Of a stretch of 64,000 nucleotides of DNA, positions 47,449 to 58,151 are shown piece after piece. This DNA is from Escherichia coli. GTDB lineage: Bacteria > Pseudomonadota > Gammaproteobacteria > Enterobacterales > Enterobacteriaceae. The stretch's first letter is position 1. Each line of letters starts with the position of its first letter. The notes under the pieces were generated by a model. That model ran no database searches. It was given only the letters and a program-made list of their open reading frames with translations, and was not told the origin of the DNA. The position numbers and the translations under genes were made by a program. The stretch lies in the NCBI RefSeq assembly GCF_016903815.1, contig NZ_CP069973.1. One strand, written 5' to 3'.

Positions 47449-48309
47449 TTATTCTCGCGATATACCATCCAACGTAGACAACACTTCCTCAGAAAGATGC
47501 AATTTTTCAGCAGCCATATTCTCCCGTAAATGCGCAACAGAAGACGTCCCTGGGATCAGCCAAATATTCGGTGAACGTTGTAACAGCCACGCCAGCGCCA
47601 CCTGCATGGGTGTTGCACCCAGGCTCGCAGCAACATCCGACAGCGTAGAGGATTGCAGCGGTGTAAAGCCCCCGAGCGGGAAGAACGGCACGTAAGCAAT
47701 GCCATCGTGGGCCAAAGCATCAATCATTGCATCATCAGCACGGTGCGCGATGTTGTATTCGTTTTGCACACAGACAATTTCGGCAATCTTGCGCGCCTCT
47801 GCAACCTGCGTCGGTGTGACGTTGCTCAGGCCAATATGTTTTACCAGGCCTTGTTGTTGCATCTCTGCCAGCACGGTCAGGCTGGCCTCAATCGATCCTT
47901 CCGCTGGGCCATGACCATCCCCCATCATAACGCGCAGGTTAACCACATCCAGTACGTCCAGGCCGAGATTACGTAGATTATCGTGCACCGCTTTTTGCAA
48001 CTCTGCCGGAGAAAAGGCGGGCAACCAGGAAGCGTCCTCTCCACGCCGCGCACCAATTTTAGTGACAATTGTCAGGTCGTCAGAGTAAGGATAAAGCGCT
48101 TCGCGGATAATCTGATTGGTGACGTGCGGACCATAAAAGTCGCTGGTATCAATGTGATTGACGCCCAATGCCAGCGCCTCGCGCAGTACAGTTATAGCGA
48201 CGTGGCGATCTCTTGGGGGGCCAAAAACCCCAGGACCTGCCAGTTGCATCGCGCCATAACCAAGACGGTTAACGGATTTTGTACCGAGAGTAAATGTGTT
48301 GCTGCTCAT
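47449..48309 (-). CDS. pdxI: Aldo-keto reductase, pyridoxine 4-dehydrogenase PdxI (YdbC)
   Basis: 286 aa AKR fold; synteny. Confidence 0.88.
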   Translation of the reverse strand: MSSNTFTLGTKSVNRLGYGAMQLAGPGVFGPPRDRHVAITVLREALALGVNHIDTSDFYGPHVTNQIIREALYPYSDDLTIVTKIGARRGEDASWLPAFSPAELQKAVHDNLRNLGLDVLDVVNLRVMMGDGHGPAEGSIEASLTVLAEMQQQGLVKHIGLSNVTPTQVAEARKIAEIVCVQNEYNIAHRADDAMIDALAHDGIAYVPFFPLGGFTPLQSSTLSDVAASLGATPMQVALAWLLQRSPNIWLIPGTSSVAHLRENMAAEKLHLSEEVLSTLDGISRE

Positions 48310-48463
48310 CGCACCCTGCCCTGTAATAAAACGGATTAAGAAAAATCAGTATAGAAACGAAAAGAGATAAATAATGCGAAGGCGTAAACAAGATTACTGG
48401 ATGAGTTGCTCTATTGTCCTTGAAGACACCAAAACAAAACGCCTAAAGCATCGCATCCGGCAA

Positions 48464-48497
48464 TAAAAAACCGCAACCTGTATCAGCATTGCGGTTT
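48464..48497 (-). terminator. Rho-independent terminator of ydbA (aaccgcaa...ttgcggtt + T6 on minus strand)
   Basis: Perfect 8-bp stem, T-run, about 20 nt after ydbA stop. Confidence 0.6.
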
Positions 48498-48516
48498 AGG
48501 TATCACATGCTAAAAA

Positions 48517-51500
48517 TTAGAACGTTTTCTTGAAGTTCAGCATCACGCCTTTATCGCTGATGCCGTCCTCTTTCCAGTGGTAAGCATCCAGATTCAGCGA
48601 ACTTTCTTTGCTGCTGTACTTCACGCCGACGCTTGCCAGGCTGTTGATGCCGCCGCCCTTCTGACCGTCATCGACATTAAAGTGCTGACTGCCTGCGCCT
48701 GCCAGGCTTGCCGTACGCTGGCTCTTCGCGTAGCTCAGGTTCGGCCCGCCTTCCAGCGTAGCGCTAGCGCTCCAGCCGTCTTTACCTGCGTAATCCAGTT
48801 TCAACCCGACGATGCTGTCCACCGCCGTTTCGCTGCCACTGTTCATATTCAGGTTAAAGTCTCCGGCATTGCGCTCTTGATAGCCACCTTCCAGTGTGTG
48901 ACGCAGTTTAACACCCGCATATGGCGTAACCTTCAGTCCTTCGCTCGGTTCGAAAGTCTTCGCCCCTTCGCTGCGGAACTCCAGGTACTGCTGCTTCACG
49001 TCGGTATCAGCCGTTTTGTTTGTGTTGCTAAATGCAATCGAACGGCTGCTGTCAAGGTTGTGAACGTCATAACGCAATGCGTTATTCCAGTTCATGCCGT
49101 TGTCGAAGGACATCTGATGTTTCAGGCCAAAGAACTGGCTATAACCGCCTGTAACGCCATTATCACCCGCTTTCTGCGCACCGTCGCCATCGAGGCGCGC
49201 GATACCGTACTCCAGACTCATCGTCTGGCTTTCGCTCAGGTCGATGGTTTTACGCAATGCCAGCATGTCGTACTCGGTATTGTTCCCCAGCTCCGCGCGC
49301 GGATCGCCTTTCGCAACAACGTTGAACGCCAGACCGTTACCCACTTTCGGTGCGGCATCCGCCAGCATGCTAAAGCGGTTGCTTAGCACGCGCGCTTCGC
49401 GGAATACCGTGGTCGCCTGGCTACCGCTGACCTGTTTCAGGGCACTGTTCAGTTCGGCAGTCGTGCCAACGTTCAGGCTGGTATACAGCTCGTTGTTGGT
49501 GTAACCCGCATCCAGTGCTTTCGCGACGTCATTCACCGAAGCATCGGTCGCCACATCGGTATAAGCATTTTTGCTCATAGTGACGTCAACGTTACCGTTG
49601 GCATCGGTGCTGCCTTTGGCGTTCCATACCACGGTCGTTGAGGTGATAGCATCCGCGTCGGTCAGGTTGCTGCCCTCCACCACGTTATCAAAACTAACGG
49701 TGGTGTCTGCCGTACCGGCGGTAAACCCGGTGTTGATCCCTACGCCGTTCATGCTGGCATTGTTGACCTTGAGCTTACCGGCGCTGCCATCGGCACTCGT
49801 ACCCACCACGTAACCGTTGAGATTGTTCATGCCGCCATCAGTTGCATCACTTCCCGGCGTTACGCTAACCGTATTGGGACTCGGCACATCCGGCAATGTA
49901 TAGTCGCCATAATGCACTTCCGTGTTATTACCGTTGTTACCGTTCACGCCTTCAACATTAATGCTGTCACCCTGCTTGATCAGGCCAGAACCCGTAACCC
50001 CATCGGCGATCACCACCGTGCCGTTGTTAACCACGTGACCTTCTGTACCCAGCACGCTGAATGCAAACGAGTCATTGGCGAAGATATTGATGGTGCCGTT
50101 GTTCTCGATCACCGCATCCGCCGTGGCGTTGGCATCGAGTTGCATACCGATCATGCCCGTATCGGTAGTGCCCTCTGTGCCGAGGTTGATGGTGCCGTTG
50201 TTAACCAGTTGCGCGTTCTTATCACCTTCCATAGCCACAGCACCGGTACCGCTGATATTCATAGTGCCGTCATTCTGCGCGATGAAGTTACTGTGGGTTA
50301 ATTTCACAGCGCTGGCGCTGTCGTGGTCAAAGTTGATGACCCCGTTATCCTGGTTCCAGAAGAAAGCATTCTGATCCCCAGCATTACTGGCGCTAACCAC
50401 CAGCGACTTAGCAGAGACATCAATCGTTCCATCGTTGATAAAGCGACCATTCCCACCCCACATATTGACAGCACCGTTGTGGGAGGAATTACTGATGTCC
50501 ATGTGACCAGTGTTATAAAGCGTACCGGACTGATTAATATGTACAGCATTCTTGTTGTTATCGAGGATAAACTCACCGCTGTTATTGAAGACGGCGTTGT
50601 TATTAACTTCCAGCATACCTGCGTTATTGCCGCCACTGCTACTACCGAGGCGCCAGGTTCCTTCGTTATTGACCCAGGCATCACCGGTTAATGCAGAACC
50701 ATTGTCCACTTTGCCATCTTGTAAGTTATTAAAGATGCCACTGGTCTGAATAATACGTTTACTCACTGTACCACTGTTATTAAAGACGCCGGATTTTTGC
50801 ACAACATTGCTAATAGTACCGGAGTTGTTCACCAGATTAGTGCTAGCCCCAGCATACATTGTCACATTACCGTTGATGGTACCCTCATTATTGAGGGTAC
50901 CTCCCTGAGCATCAATATTGCCCATCGAACCCGCATTATCTATTACAGCATCTGGTGCCAATTTCACCAGGGTGTTAATAATGCCCGTGGAGGTATTTTC
51001 GAGCGTACCGCTTTGAACGTTGATATTGCTACCAGATACCGTTCCTGCATTAATCGTGCTTCCTGGCGTTGCATCAGTTATCAGGACTGGGTTAATGAAG
51101 TTTGTCGACTCTCCTTCAGCCACCAGAATATCACCCCCGGTGTACTGTACTGACACATAACTATCAGTCGGGTTATATTGTTCCGGGCTCTGACAAATGC
51201 CAAAAGAACAGATTGTGCCATAGTTAACGATCGTCCCCGTTCCATCGCCGTAAAATGCCTGGCCGATGTCAGTATCGATATTAATAACGCCCGTTACGTC
51301 ATTAATTGCTGTACCACTACGGATAGCTCCCATCGCGAACAACTGACCTTCATGTTGCTGCGTCAGTCCCTCATCTGAGAGCAGATTTATTTCGCCCTGG
51401 TTGATGACCGTGCCACCCTCCATCGCCAGCATGCCAAAGCCCTGGTTCTTAACATTAATAATCCCAGTATTGACTATATCGGCATCGCCATGACCCGCAT

Positions 51501-54500
51501 CGGTCGAACCCGCTAACGCGCCGCCAGCCATCAGGAAGTAAGCGTTAAAATCCCAATAGGCTTCATCAGTAATATCACCATTTTCATCTACTGAAGGAAT
51601 AAAACCATCAACATTGATCACACCTGCGTTAGTCGCAGTACCACGAGAAGCGGCAACACCATAGACCCCAGGACCATGAATATTAATTGTTGCGCCGGAC
51701 TCATTCGTCACATCACCGTAATTGCTGGCTAACAGCGCAAAGTTGGTGCCGTGATACCATACAACAGGGAACTCATACGAACCGGAGGAACCCGTTGGTA
51801 CTGTTGTTGATACCAGATTAATAATACCACCAGCCCCATTGACTGCACGAGAGCCCTCATCTATAGCGCGCATAACGCCAGCTCTTGCGTACGCTTCAGT
51901 GCCAGGTTTCACGTTAATGGTGCCCGTATTTTTTATCTCTGCACCAGCACGCGCCATCATCAAGTCCTGCGCATCGGTAGTATTGATAATGCCGTGGTTT
52001 TCTATTTCAGAGCCGATACCCGTTGCGGTAATTAGGGCATCATCCAGATACCAATTGGTATCTCTCGCCCTGACGTCAAAATCAGTGACTGAATTTTCAT
52101 CAAAAATGGCATGTCCGCCATCCGCTACGCTCACTAATGTGAAGGCTCCTCTGACTTGCCGCGAGTTCATTTGTGAATGACCACTGATATTCATCACGTT
52201 GTTTCCGGTAACAGAAACTCCCTTGATTGAATGACCACCGCTATCACCAGTGATATTTATACCGCCCTCTAAATTGATTGTGTTATTTTCACCTGTAACA
52301 TCCACTCCAACCAGCACAGCTTGGTCATTCAAATAGCCAGAACCAACATTGATATTAATGTTACCACTCAAATCGACCGTATTGTTATCACCGCCAACGG
52401 ATAACCCAGTTAAACTATCCCCAGATATTGTCGGAGAGTCTCCCATAAGGGATACAAGATTGATATTACCATCCAATGAGATATGACTATCGTCCCCGGA
52501 CATATCAACGCCGGTTCCTCCTACAAAAACCCCATTACTGTCACGTTGCTGAGTTACATTAATATCCCCGCTCAAACTGACGTCTTCACGGTCGCCTGAA
52601 ATCGCTGCTCCCTGGCCATCAAGTGAAACATTGATTTCCCCAGTAGACTTAAATACTGCATCATCACCTTCAATAATAATGCCTACAGAGTTAGCATCTT
52701 CTACCGTGATTTTACCAGTATTACCGAGTGTAACCCGGTCACCACTGATATCAATACCACGTCCGGCATCACTAACAAAAAGGTCACCTTTCTGACTTAC
52801 TTTTCCGCCATTCCCGGTAACAAGTGTCCCAACGGAATCACCATCAACGACCATCGAACCCGTAATTTCGAGATTGTTATTATCGCCAGATACAATAACC
52901 CCCGCTGACTGTTCACCGATAACATTCAGCGCATATGTTGACATCGTCAGGGTATTATTGTCACCGGTGATTTCTAGTCCGGTCGAAAAACCACCGGTTT
53001 CAACAAGCCCGGCAAGGGCGATACTGGAATTATCACCAACAATTTTAATTGCAGTTGCCGCATTTTGCGCACTCACATCGCCCACGTTAATTAACGTTGA
53101 GCCATCACCCTCGATGAGTACGCCGATTGCGTTTTCACTGGCTGAGCCATCACTGACGCTGATGTCCCCCATATTGATGAATGCGCTATCGTTACCGTCC
53201 AACAATATACCAATGGATTTTTCATCAACTACGGTAATATTACCTTTATTGCTGATAATGGTACTATTACCAGTGACATCAATACCCTTCGCACCACCGC
53301 TGACAAAGAGGTCACCCTCTTGTTTCACCAGTGCATCATTACCATTAATTTTCGAGCCAGTCGAATTTTCACCATCAACGTTCATTGTACCTTTATTATC
53401 GACTTTGGCGTCATCGCCATTAATCAGACTACCGGTACCGCCATTGGTGAATGTCGAATCACCTGCGACATTCAATGTCGTACGATCGCCATTGACAATA
53501 ACGGCCGTCCCACCATCAACTTCCGTCTCACCATTATTAGTAATGGTGATATCATCACCGGTAAGAATACCTACCACCGAACCTTCACCAATCGCGGTAG
53601 TTTTGCCGTCGTTGTTCAGGGTGATGTCGTTACCGTCAACGTTTATCACAACGCCGCCATTCAGGGCGATGTTGCCGCCATGGTCGGTAATAGTGGCATC
53701 GTTAATATGGAAATGTTCGCCAGTTGTACCGTCTGCGGTGGTGAGTGACTCTATGATTATTTCGATTTTTCCCGCTTCGTCATAGCGCCAGGTGGAGGTT
53801 CCGCCAGGATTGACGCCATTGAACGAAGCCGTGTTAGCAGCCTCGTCGACTAACCAATCCTTCACGATTGTGGTAGTGCCGCCAGGTCCGGTAAGCGTAT
53901 AGCTGCCATCGTCATTTTTGGCGTAGGTAAAGGTGGTATCACGTAATTTTAGGGTCTTCGCGTCCTGATCCCAGGTGACATCGTTTTTATAGACCACAGG
54001 ATCGTGTTTGACTGGCGTGTCATCGCCACCGTCGTCCGGGGTATCATCGCCGCCATCATCTGGCGTGTCACCGCCGTCGTCTGGCGGGACTGGTGTATCG
54101 CCGCCATCATCCGGCGGGACGGGTGTATCGCCGCCATCATCCGGCGGGACAGGTGTGTCGCCGCCATCATCTGGCGGGACGGGTGTATCACCGCCATCAT
54201 CCGGCGGGACGGGTGTATCGCCGCCATCGTCCGGCGGGACTGGCGTGTCACCGCCATCATCCGGCGGGACGGGTGTATCACCGCCATCATCCGGCACCGG
54301 AGACGGATCGTCATGATGATTATTATTATCGTGGAGTGCATATACTGCGACGCCTGTGACTGCCGCTGCCAACCCCACTGCAGCCCAGGGTAATAACTCA
54401 TTATCTTCAACTGATTTACACTCTGCCGGCAGCTTTTCTAGCTGTTCTTTACTTAGTGATTTAATATTAGCCGGGCAGCTAATCTTGCTGGATTTACGAG

Positions 54501-54597
54501 ATTCATCCGATGTTTCCGCTATCGACGTATCTGCCGCCCATGTCTGACTGCTTAACGCCATTGCAACACAGACACTGAGCAATTTTTTCCTTTGCAT
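48517..54597 (-). CDS. ydbA: Large AIDA-I-type autotransporter YdbA, uninterrupted 2026 aa
   Basis: Signal peptide MQRKKLLSVCVAMALSSQTWA; long Gly/Asn/Thr-rich beta-helix-like passenger; C-terminal barrel ending ...VMLNFKKTF. Confidence 0.85.
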   Translation of the reverse strand: MQRKKLLSVCVAMALSSQTWAADTSIAETSDESRKSSKISCPANIKSLSKEQLEKLPAECKSVEDNELLPWAAVGLAAAVTGVAVYALHDNNNHHDDPSPVPDDGGDTPVPPDDGGDTPVPPDDGGDTPVPPDDGGDTPVPPDDGGDTPVPPDDGGDTPVPPDDGGDTPVPPDDGGDTPDDGGDDTPDDGGDDTPVKHDPVVYKNDVTWDQDAKTLKLRDTTFTYAKNDDGSYTLTGPGGTTTIVKDWLVDEAANTASFNGVNPGGTSTWRYDEAGKIEIIIESLTTADGTTGEHFHINDATITDHGGNIALNGGVVINVDGNDITLNNDGKTTAIGEGSVVGILTGDDITITNNGETEVDGGTAVIVNGDRTTLNVAGDSTFTNGGTGSLINGDDAKVDNKGTMNVDGENSTGSKINGNDALVKQEGDLFVSGGAKGIDVTGNSTIISNKGNITVVDEKSIGILLDGNDSAFINMGDISVSDGSASENAIGVLIEGDGSTLINVGDVSAQNAATAIKIVGDNSSIALAGLVETGGFSTGLEITGDNNTLTMSTYALNVIGEQSAGVIVSGDNNNLEITGSMVVDGDSVGTLVTGNGGKVSQKGDLFVSDAGRGIDISGDRVTLGNTGKITVEDANSVGIIIEGDDAVFKSTGEINVSLDGQGAAISGDREDVSLSGDINVTQQRDSNGVFVGGTGVDMSGDDSHISLDGNINLVSLMGDSPTISGDSLTGLSVGGDNNTVDLSGNININVGSGYLNDQAVLVGVDVTGENNTINLEGGINITGDSGGHSIKGVSVTGNNVMNISGHSQMNSRQVRGAFTLVSVADGGHAIFDENSVTDFDVRARDTNWYLDDALITATGIGSEIENHGIINTTDAQDLMMARAGAEIKNTGTINVKPGTEAYARAGVMRAIDEGSRAVNGAGGIINLVSTTVPTGSSGSYEFPVVWYHGTNFALLASNYGDVTNESGATINIHGPGVYGVAASRGTATNAGVINVDGFIPSVDENGDITDEAYWDFNAYFLMAGGALAGSTDAGHGDADIVNTGIINVKNQGFGMLAMEGGTVINQGEINLLSDEGLTQQHEGQLFAMGAIRSGTAINDVTGVINIDTDIGQAFYGDGTGTIVNYGTICSFGICQSPEQYNPTDSYVSVQYTGGDILVAEGESTNFINPVLITDATPGSTINAGTVSGSNINVQSGTLENTSTGIINTLVKLAPDAVIDNAGSMGNIDAQGGTLNNEGTINGNVTMYAGASTNLVNNSGTISNVVQKSGVFNNSGTVSKRIIQTSGIFNNLQDGKVDNGSALTGDAWVNNEGTWRLGSSSGGNNAGMLEVNNNAVFNNSGEFILDNNKNAVHINQSGTLYNTGHMDISNSSHNGAVNMWGGNGRFINDGTIDVSAKSLVVSASNAGDQNAFFWNQDNGVINFDHDSASAVKLTHSNFIAQNDGTMNISGTGAVAMEGDKNAQLVNNGTINLGTEGTTDTGMIGMQLDANATADAVIENNGTINIFANDSFAFSVLGTEGHVVNNGTVVIADGVTGSGLIKQGDSINVEGVNGNNGNNTEVHYGDYTLPDVPSPNTVSVTPGSDATDGGMNNLNGYVVGTSADGSAGKLKVNNASMNGVGINTGFTAGTADTTVSFDNVVEGSNLTDADAITSTTVVWNAKGSTDANGNVDVTMSKNAYTDVATDASVNDVAKALDAGYTNNELYTSLNVGTTAELNSALKQVSGSQATTVFREARVLSNRFSMLADAAPKVGNGLAFNVVAKGDPRAELGNNTEYDMLALRKTIDLSESQTMSLEYGIARLDGDGAQKAGDNGVTGGYSQFFGLKHQMSFDNGMNWNNALRYDVHNLDSSRSIAFSNTNKTADTDVKQQYLEFRSEGAKTFEPSEGLKVTPYAGVKLRHTLEGGYQERNAGDFNLNMNSGSETAVDSIVGLKLDYAGKDGWSASATLEGGPNLSYAKSQRTASLAGAGSQHFNVDDGQKGGGINSLASVGVKYSSKESSLNLDAYHWKEDGISDKGVMLNFKKTF
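54031..54298 (-). repeat. About eight tandem copies of a 30-bp unit encoding PVPPDDGGDT near the ydbA N-terminus
   Basis: Direct repeats of ggtgtatcgccgccatcatccggcgggacg with minor variants visible in sequence. Confidence 0.75.
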
Positions 54598-54998
54598 ATG
54601 AAATTCCTCATAAATAGATGATTACGCAGCCCAGATAAACTGCACAGGGTTAAATAGTTACAAATATTCGAAATCTGGATATTGTTTTTAACAGAATAAA
54701 TATATTGATTTAGCGAATATATTTATTCATTAAGTCAATGCATCTTTTCTTTAATTTATATTTTTAACGCATTTATTTCAACTTAAAATATGGCGCAATT
54801 GAGATTGAATCCGATAACACCGATGAATTAAATAATGCAATTAATTCATGAAATAAATAAATTATCATGTGAATGAAGCATTCATCATCGGCATCTATAT
54901 GAAATTAAATGAAAAATAATTCTCAATAGCATTGCAGTTAATATTGAATATTTCAGGAGGTACAACCAGGGAGATTTTTTTCGACGAATACCGACTTA

Positions 54999-55325
54999 TT
55001 ATTTTTGCAACCACATCCCGTTTATCCCGCGAATGTATTCTCCAGGCTTAGCTTTTGCTACCAGTTTCTGCCCCGCCAATTTTTCCACTTCCGCAACCGG
55101 CAGATTATTTTTCATGGCGAGTTGTTGATAGCTCTTATTACGCGATTCATTAATCCTTTTGACTAACATCTGTGTTTCGGTATCCGCCTTTAATGCAACC
55201 AGATAACCATTATACGTTTCGCCAACACGCCCCTGAGTTCGAGCGTCATTCAGCGTCAGAGCCATCGCACTGGTGCTAAATAAGGCATTAATGACAAAAC
55301 ACAGCATTAAATTTCTCTTCATCAT
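54999..55325 (-). CDS. ydbL: DUF1318 periplasmic protein YdbL
   Basis: Start trimmed to MMKRNLMLCFVINALFSTSAMA (108 aa, signal peptide). Confidence 0.8.
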   Translation of the reverse strand: MMKRNLMLCFVINALFSTSAMALTLNDARTQGRVGETYNGYLVALKADTETQMLVKRINESRNKSYQQLAMKNNLPVAEVEKLAGQKLVAKAKPGEYIRGINGMWLQK

Positions 55326-55329
55326 CGCC

Positions 55330-55515
55330 TCAGAAAAGATCGCTACGAGTCTCAAGCAGCTCTTCGACATCTTTGTCTGCCTTGATGATGATCTCATGCT
55401 CAATTTTAACGTTCATATTGATAGTGATCGGTTCCTTAGGCGCAGCGACTTCAATGCGAGGCGTACAGCCAACCAGCATAAAAGATGACGTCAACGCAGC
55501 CAGTAAAATTTTCAT
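55330..55515 (-). CDS. ynbE: Lipoprotein YnbE
   Basis: 61 aa with lipobox LVGC; overlaps ydbH stop by 4 nt. Confidence 0.8.
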   Translation of the reverse strand: MKILLAALTSSFMLVGCTPRIEVAAPKEPITINMNVKIEHEIIIKADKDVEELLETRSDLF

Positions 55516-58151
55516 TGTTTTTCCTCACACTCTTTTCCTTGCGGACAGTCATTTCCCGGCAGACGTGCGTTCTGCTCCAACCATGCCTGGAGATTATCGC
55601 CAAAGCGTAAACTGCGCCACAGCGTAAAAATATTCTCTTCATGATGGTAATTAAGGTTTACCGTACCGCTTTTACCATCAACGCGACTGGTACCTGTAAT
55701 GTTGGCCTGCATGGTTAATAAACCGAGATTATCTAAATTAATATTTGTCGATGAACGGCTAATTTCCATATAGCGCAACCAGTTAATTGCTGAACCCGCA
55801 GTCATATTGTCTTTCACCACCGCATCTGCGGTGTCTTTATCCAGCCGCAAGGTCATTGGCCCGCTATTTGCCAGCCAACCATCTTTCACTATCCATTTTT
55901 CGTTGTTTAGCCATAACGGCAATGCACCACTAAATGCCCCGGACATGGCGAATTGTTTCGGATTGACGGCGCTAACCAGTTCGCTGGATGAGAGATTATT
56001 CAGCCGCAACAGCGCCGGGTCATGTTGCGGCATACGTAATTGTTTCATCAGCACGTTACCGCCTAACACATCGACGCTAACATCAGTCAACAGCAATGGT
56101 TCTTCTTCAGTCCACGGATAGCGCCCTTGCAAATCAGCCGTAATATTTTTCGCTGTCACCAGATTAATCACTTCGGCAATTCGCAACGTAACGGGGCCGC
56201 GAGTCCCCAGATGCCAGGCTCCATCGGCAAAACGGAAAGGCAGGACAAAATCGACACCGTTAACCTGATTATCTGGCATCCAGGCACTACCGCCTTTCAA
56301 CACGCCGTGCCCTCCCGCGCGGAATCCTTGTTCAGGCGCAGCAGAAAATGCAACCTGAGCATACAGTTCACCATCGCGTAAGTTCATCTTCCAGTCGGGT
56401 GGCACCAGCGGCTGGAATACAGTCAGTGATTGTTTAGGCCACCAGGCGTTACCGCGCAGACGAATACCGTCCCAGCGACCATTTACCCGAACCGGGCCAA
56501 TCTCACCAGCATGTAAATCGCCTTTAAAGAGGAAATACGTCGGATCGCGCCCATCGACGCTAAATTTTAAGGTTGATGGCGGTAACACACTGCCGCCAGT
56601 GAACAGCGTTTGCCCGGCGTCCAGTGACAGCGCGCCACTGAAGGAGGGATGCTGTGCGTCACGTACCCAGACGACGGGCTTGTCGAGAATTAATCGCGGC
56701 TTTTCTACCGTCATCGTACCGTATTGTAACTGGTCGAAACTGGTGGAGAGATCGGTCAGCGTAATCGTGCTGTCATGCCACTCACCCTTTCCTGCGACAT
56801 CCCAGGTGGCATTCATCGGTGTAAAACTGCCTTTTCCCCAGTAGCGCCACTGCCAGCGGCCAGCGTCAGGGAGAAAATCATTCGCCAGTCCATCCATATG
56901 CAGCACGAAATCGCCCAGTTCATTTTCATGCGCCTGCAAAATGGCCTGCAAACGTCCGTCAATACCACGTTGGGTGACTTTTACACCCGCTAAAGGCCAG
57001 CGGATTTCATCGATGTCCAGCGAATCAATGACTCTTCCCTTTGAACGAAGTAACGCGCCAGGCTCAAAGGCCAGCGTTGGGTCAGTCAGACTTCCGCTTA
57101 GCTGCGCAGGTAAACGGGCATATAAAATGAGGTCCGCCTGTTTCGCTTCACCGGTCAGTTGCATAGGCAGCTGGTTGTTATCCATGCTTAATTTTCCTGG
57201 GCCAAAATTAAGCACCGCGTTGCCTTTACCCGCTTGCCCCTGGGTCAGCACACTCAGTCGTCCGCTGACCAGAGCGTTCTCGAGCCCTGCCTGCCAGTTG
57301 TCGACTTTGACACCCAGTCGGCCACTCAAAGGAAAACCTGCATACGGCCAACTCCAGCGACCATCGCTTACGGTCAATTGTTGACGAGTAATTTGCCACG
57401 GCAAATCGAGCAACGGATCGCCGTTATCCCGTGCCAGCACAATCAATTGCCCGCTATTTTCCAACCAGTCCAGCTCGGCATCCACCAGTGACGGTTCCTG
57501 CGGCAAGTTTAACGTCGCAGTAGCATGACCACTTACAGGAAGTCCATCCGGCACTAGCGGCATAGTAAATTCCCCCACCAGTTTTACCGGCGGCTGATTT
57601 TCAAACGCGACGACATCCAGTTCGCTGACTGTAAGTTGTTGCCCTTTCAGCTGGCCTTGAAATTTAACTTTTTCGCCCTGATAACGCAGTTGCTGGATAT
57701 CGGAGTTTAATGCGAGAGAGAGTTTTCCCTGCCATTCCTGCCAGGGAGAAAAAATTAGTTTATCGATATTGATCCAGGTGTTAGGCAACATGGCCTGCCA
57801 CTGCGCGAGGGTTTTTGGAGCGGCAGGCGATTGCTCCGTCTGCGGCAATTTCGCCAGACAAGCAGAATCAAGTTCTACCGTGCCGACGTTCAATAACCAG
57901 CGGCTCGGATGTGAAAGGCTGGCGTTGGTGATATGCGCAAGCTGACAATCTCCCACCAGATAACGGAGATCGGGAATGATTAAACCTTTACGCGTAATGC
58001 GTGGGCTTTCATCTAATGCAATACGTGTCCCGAGCGGTAGCCAGATGCCCGCCAGTGTGGGAACCCACAAGCCGAGCGTCATCAGCAGCGTCAACGGCAC
58101 AAGAATAATCAGTAATAACAGCGCGAGAACGGCTTTATATTTACCCAGCAT
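55512..58151 (-). CDS. ydbH: AsmA-like envelope protein YdbH
   Basis: 879 aa with N-terminal TM anchor; first gene of ydbH-ynbE-ydbL operon. Confidence 0.9.
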   Translation of the reverse strand: MLGKYKAVLALLLLIILVPLTLLMTLGLWVPTLAGIWLPLGTRIALDESPRITRKGLIIPDLRYLVGDCQLAHITNASLSHPSRWLLNVGTVELDSACLAKLPQTEQSPAAPKTLAQWQAMLPNTWINIDKLIFSPWQEWQGKLSLALNSDIQQLRYQGEKVKFQGQLKGQQLTVSELDVVAFENQPPVKLVGEFTMPLVPDGLPVSGHATATLNLPQEPSLVDAELDWLENSGQLIVLARDNGDPLLDLPWQITRQQLTVSDGRWSWPYAGFPLSGRLGVKVDNWQAGLENALVSGRLSVLTQGQAGKGNAVLNFGPGKLSMDNNQLPMQLTGEAKQADLILYARLPAQLSGSLTDPTLAFEPGALLRSKGRVIDSLDIDEIRWPLAGVKVTQRGIDGRLQAILQAHENELGDFVLHMDGLANDFLPDAGRWQWRYWGKGSFTPMNATWDVAGKGEWHDSTITLTDLSTSFDQLQYGTMTVEKPRLILDKPVVWVRDAQHPSFSGALSLDAGQTLFTGGSVLPPSTLKFSVDGRDPTYFLFKGDLHAGEIGPVRVNGRWDGIRLRGNAWWPKQSLTVFQPLVPPDWKMNLRDGELYAQVAFSAAPEQGFRAGGHGVLKGGSAWMPDNQVNGVDFVLPFRFADGAWHLGTRGPVTLRIAEVINLVTAKNITADLQGRYPWTEEEPLLLTDVSVDVLGGNVLMKQLRMPQHDPALLRLNNLSSSELVSAVNPKQFAMSGAFSGALPLWLNNEKWIVKDGWLANSGPMTLRLDKDTADAVVKDNMTAGSAINWLRYMEISRSSTNINLDNLGLLTMQANITGTSRVDGKSGTVNLNYHHEENIFTLWRSLRFGDNLQAWLEQNARLPGNDCPQGKECEEKQ

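Noticed and set aside
54031-54298. Possible CRISPR array (regularly spaced direct repeats)
   Set aside because: Repeats are 30 bp and contiguous with no unique spacers, and lie inside a coding frame; this is a coding tandem repeat, not CRISPR.
53949-54410. Minus-strand 153-aa ORF with repeated RRMMAAIHPS units overlapping the ydbA repeat
   Set aside because: Alternate frame of the same 30-bp tandem repeat; no independent start context, and it overlaps the true ydbA frame.
48577-54547. Many plus-strand ORFs (up to 303 aa, some Pro/Ser/Thr-rich and repetitive) inside ydbA
   Set aside because: Antisense shadow ORFs of a long low-complexity repetitive gene; the repetitive ones simply mirror the PVPPDDGGDT repeat. 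The minus-strand frame encodes a coherent autotransporter.
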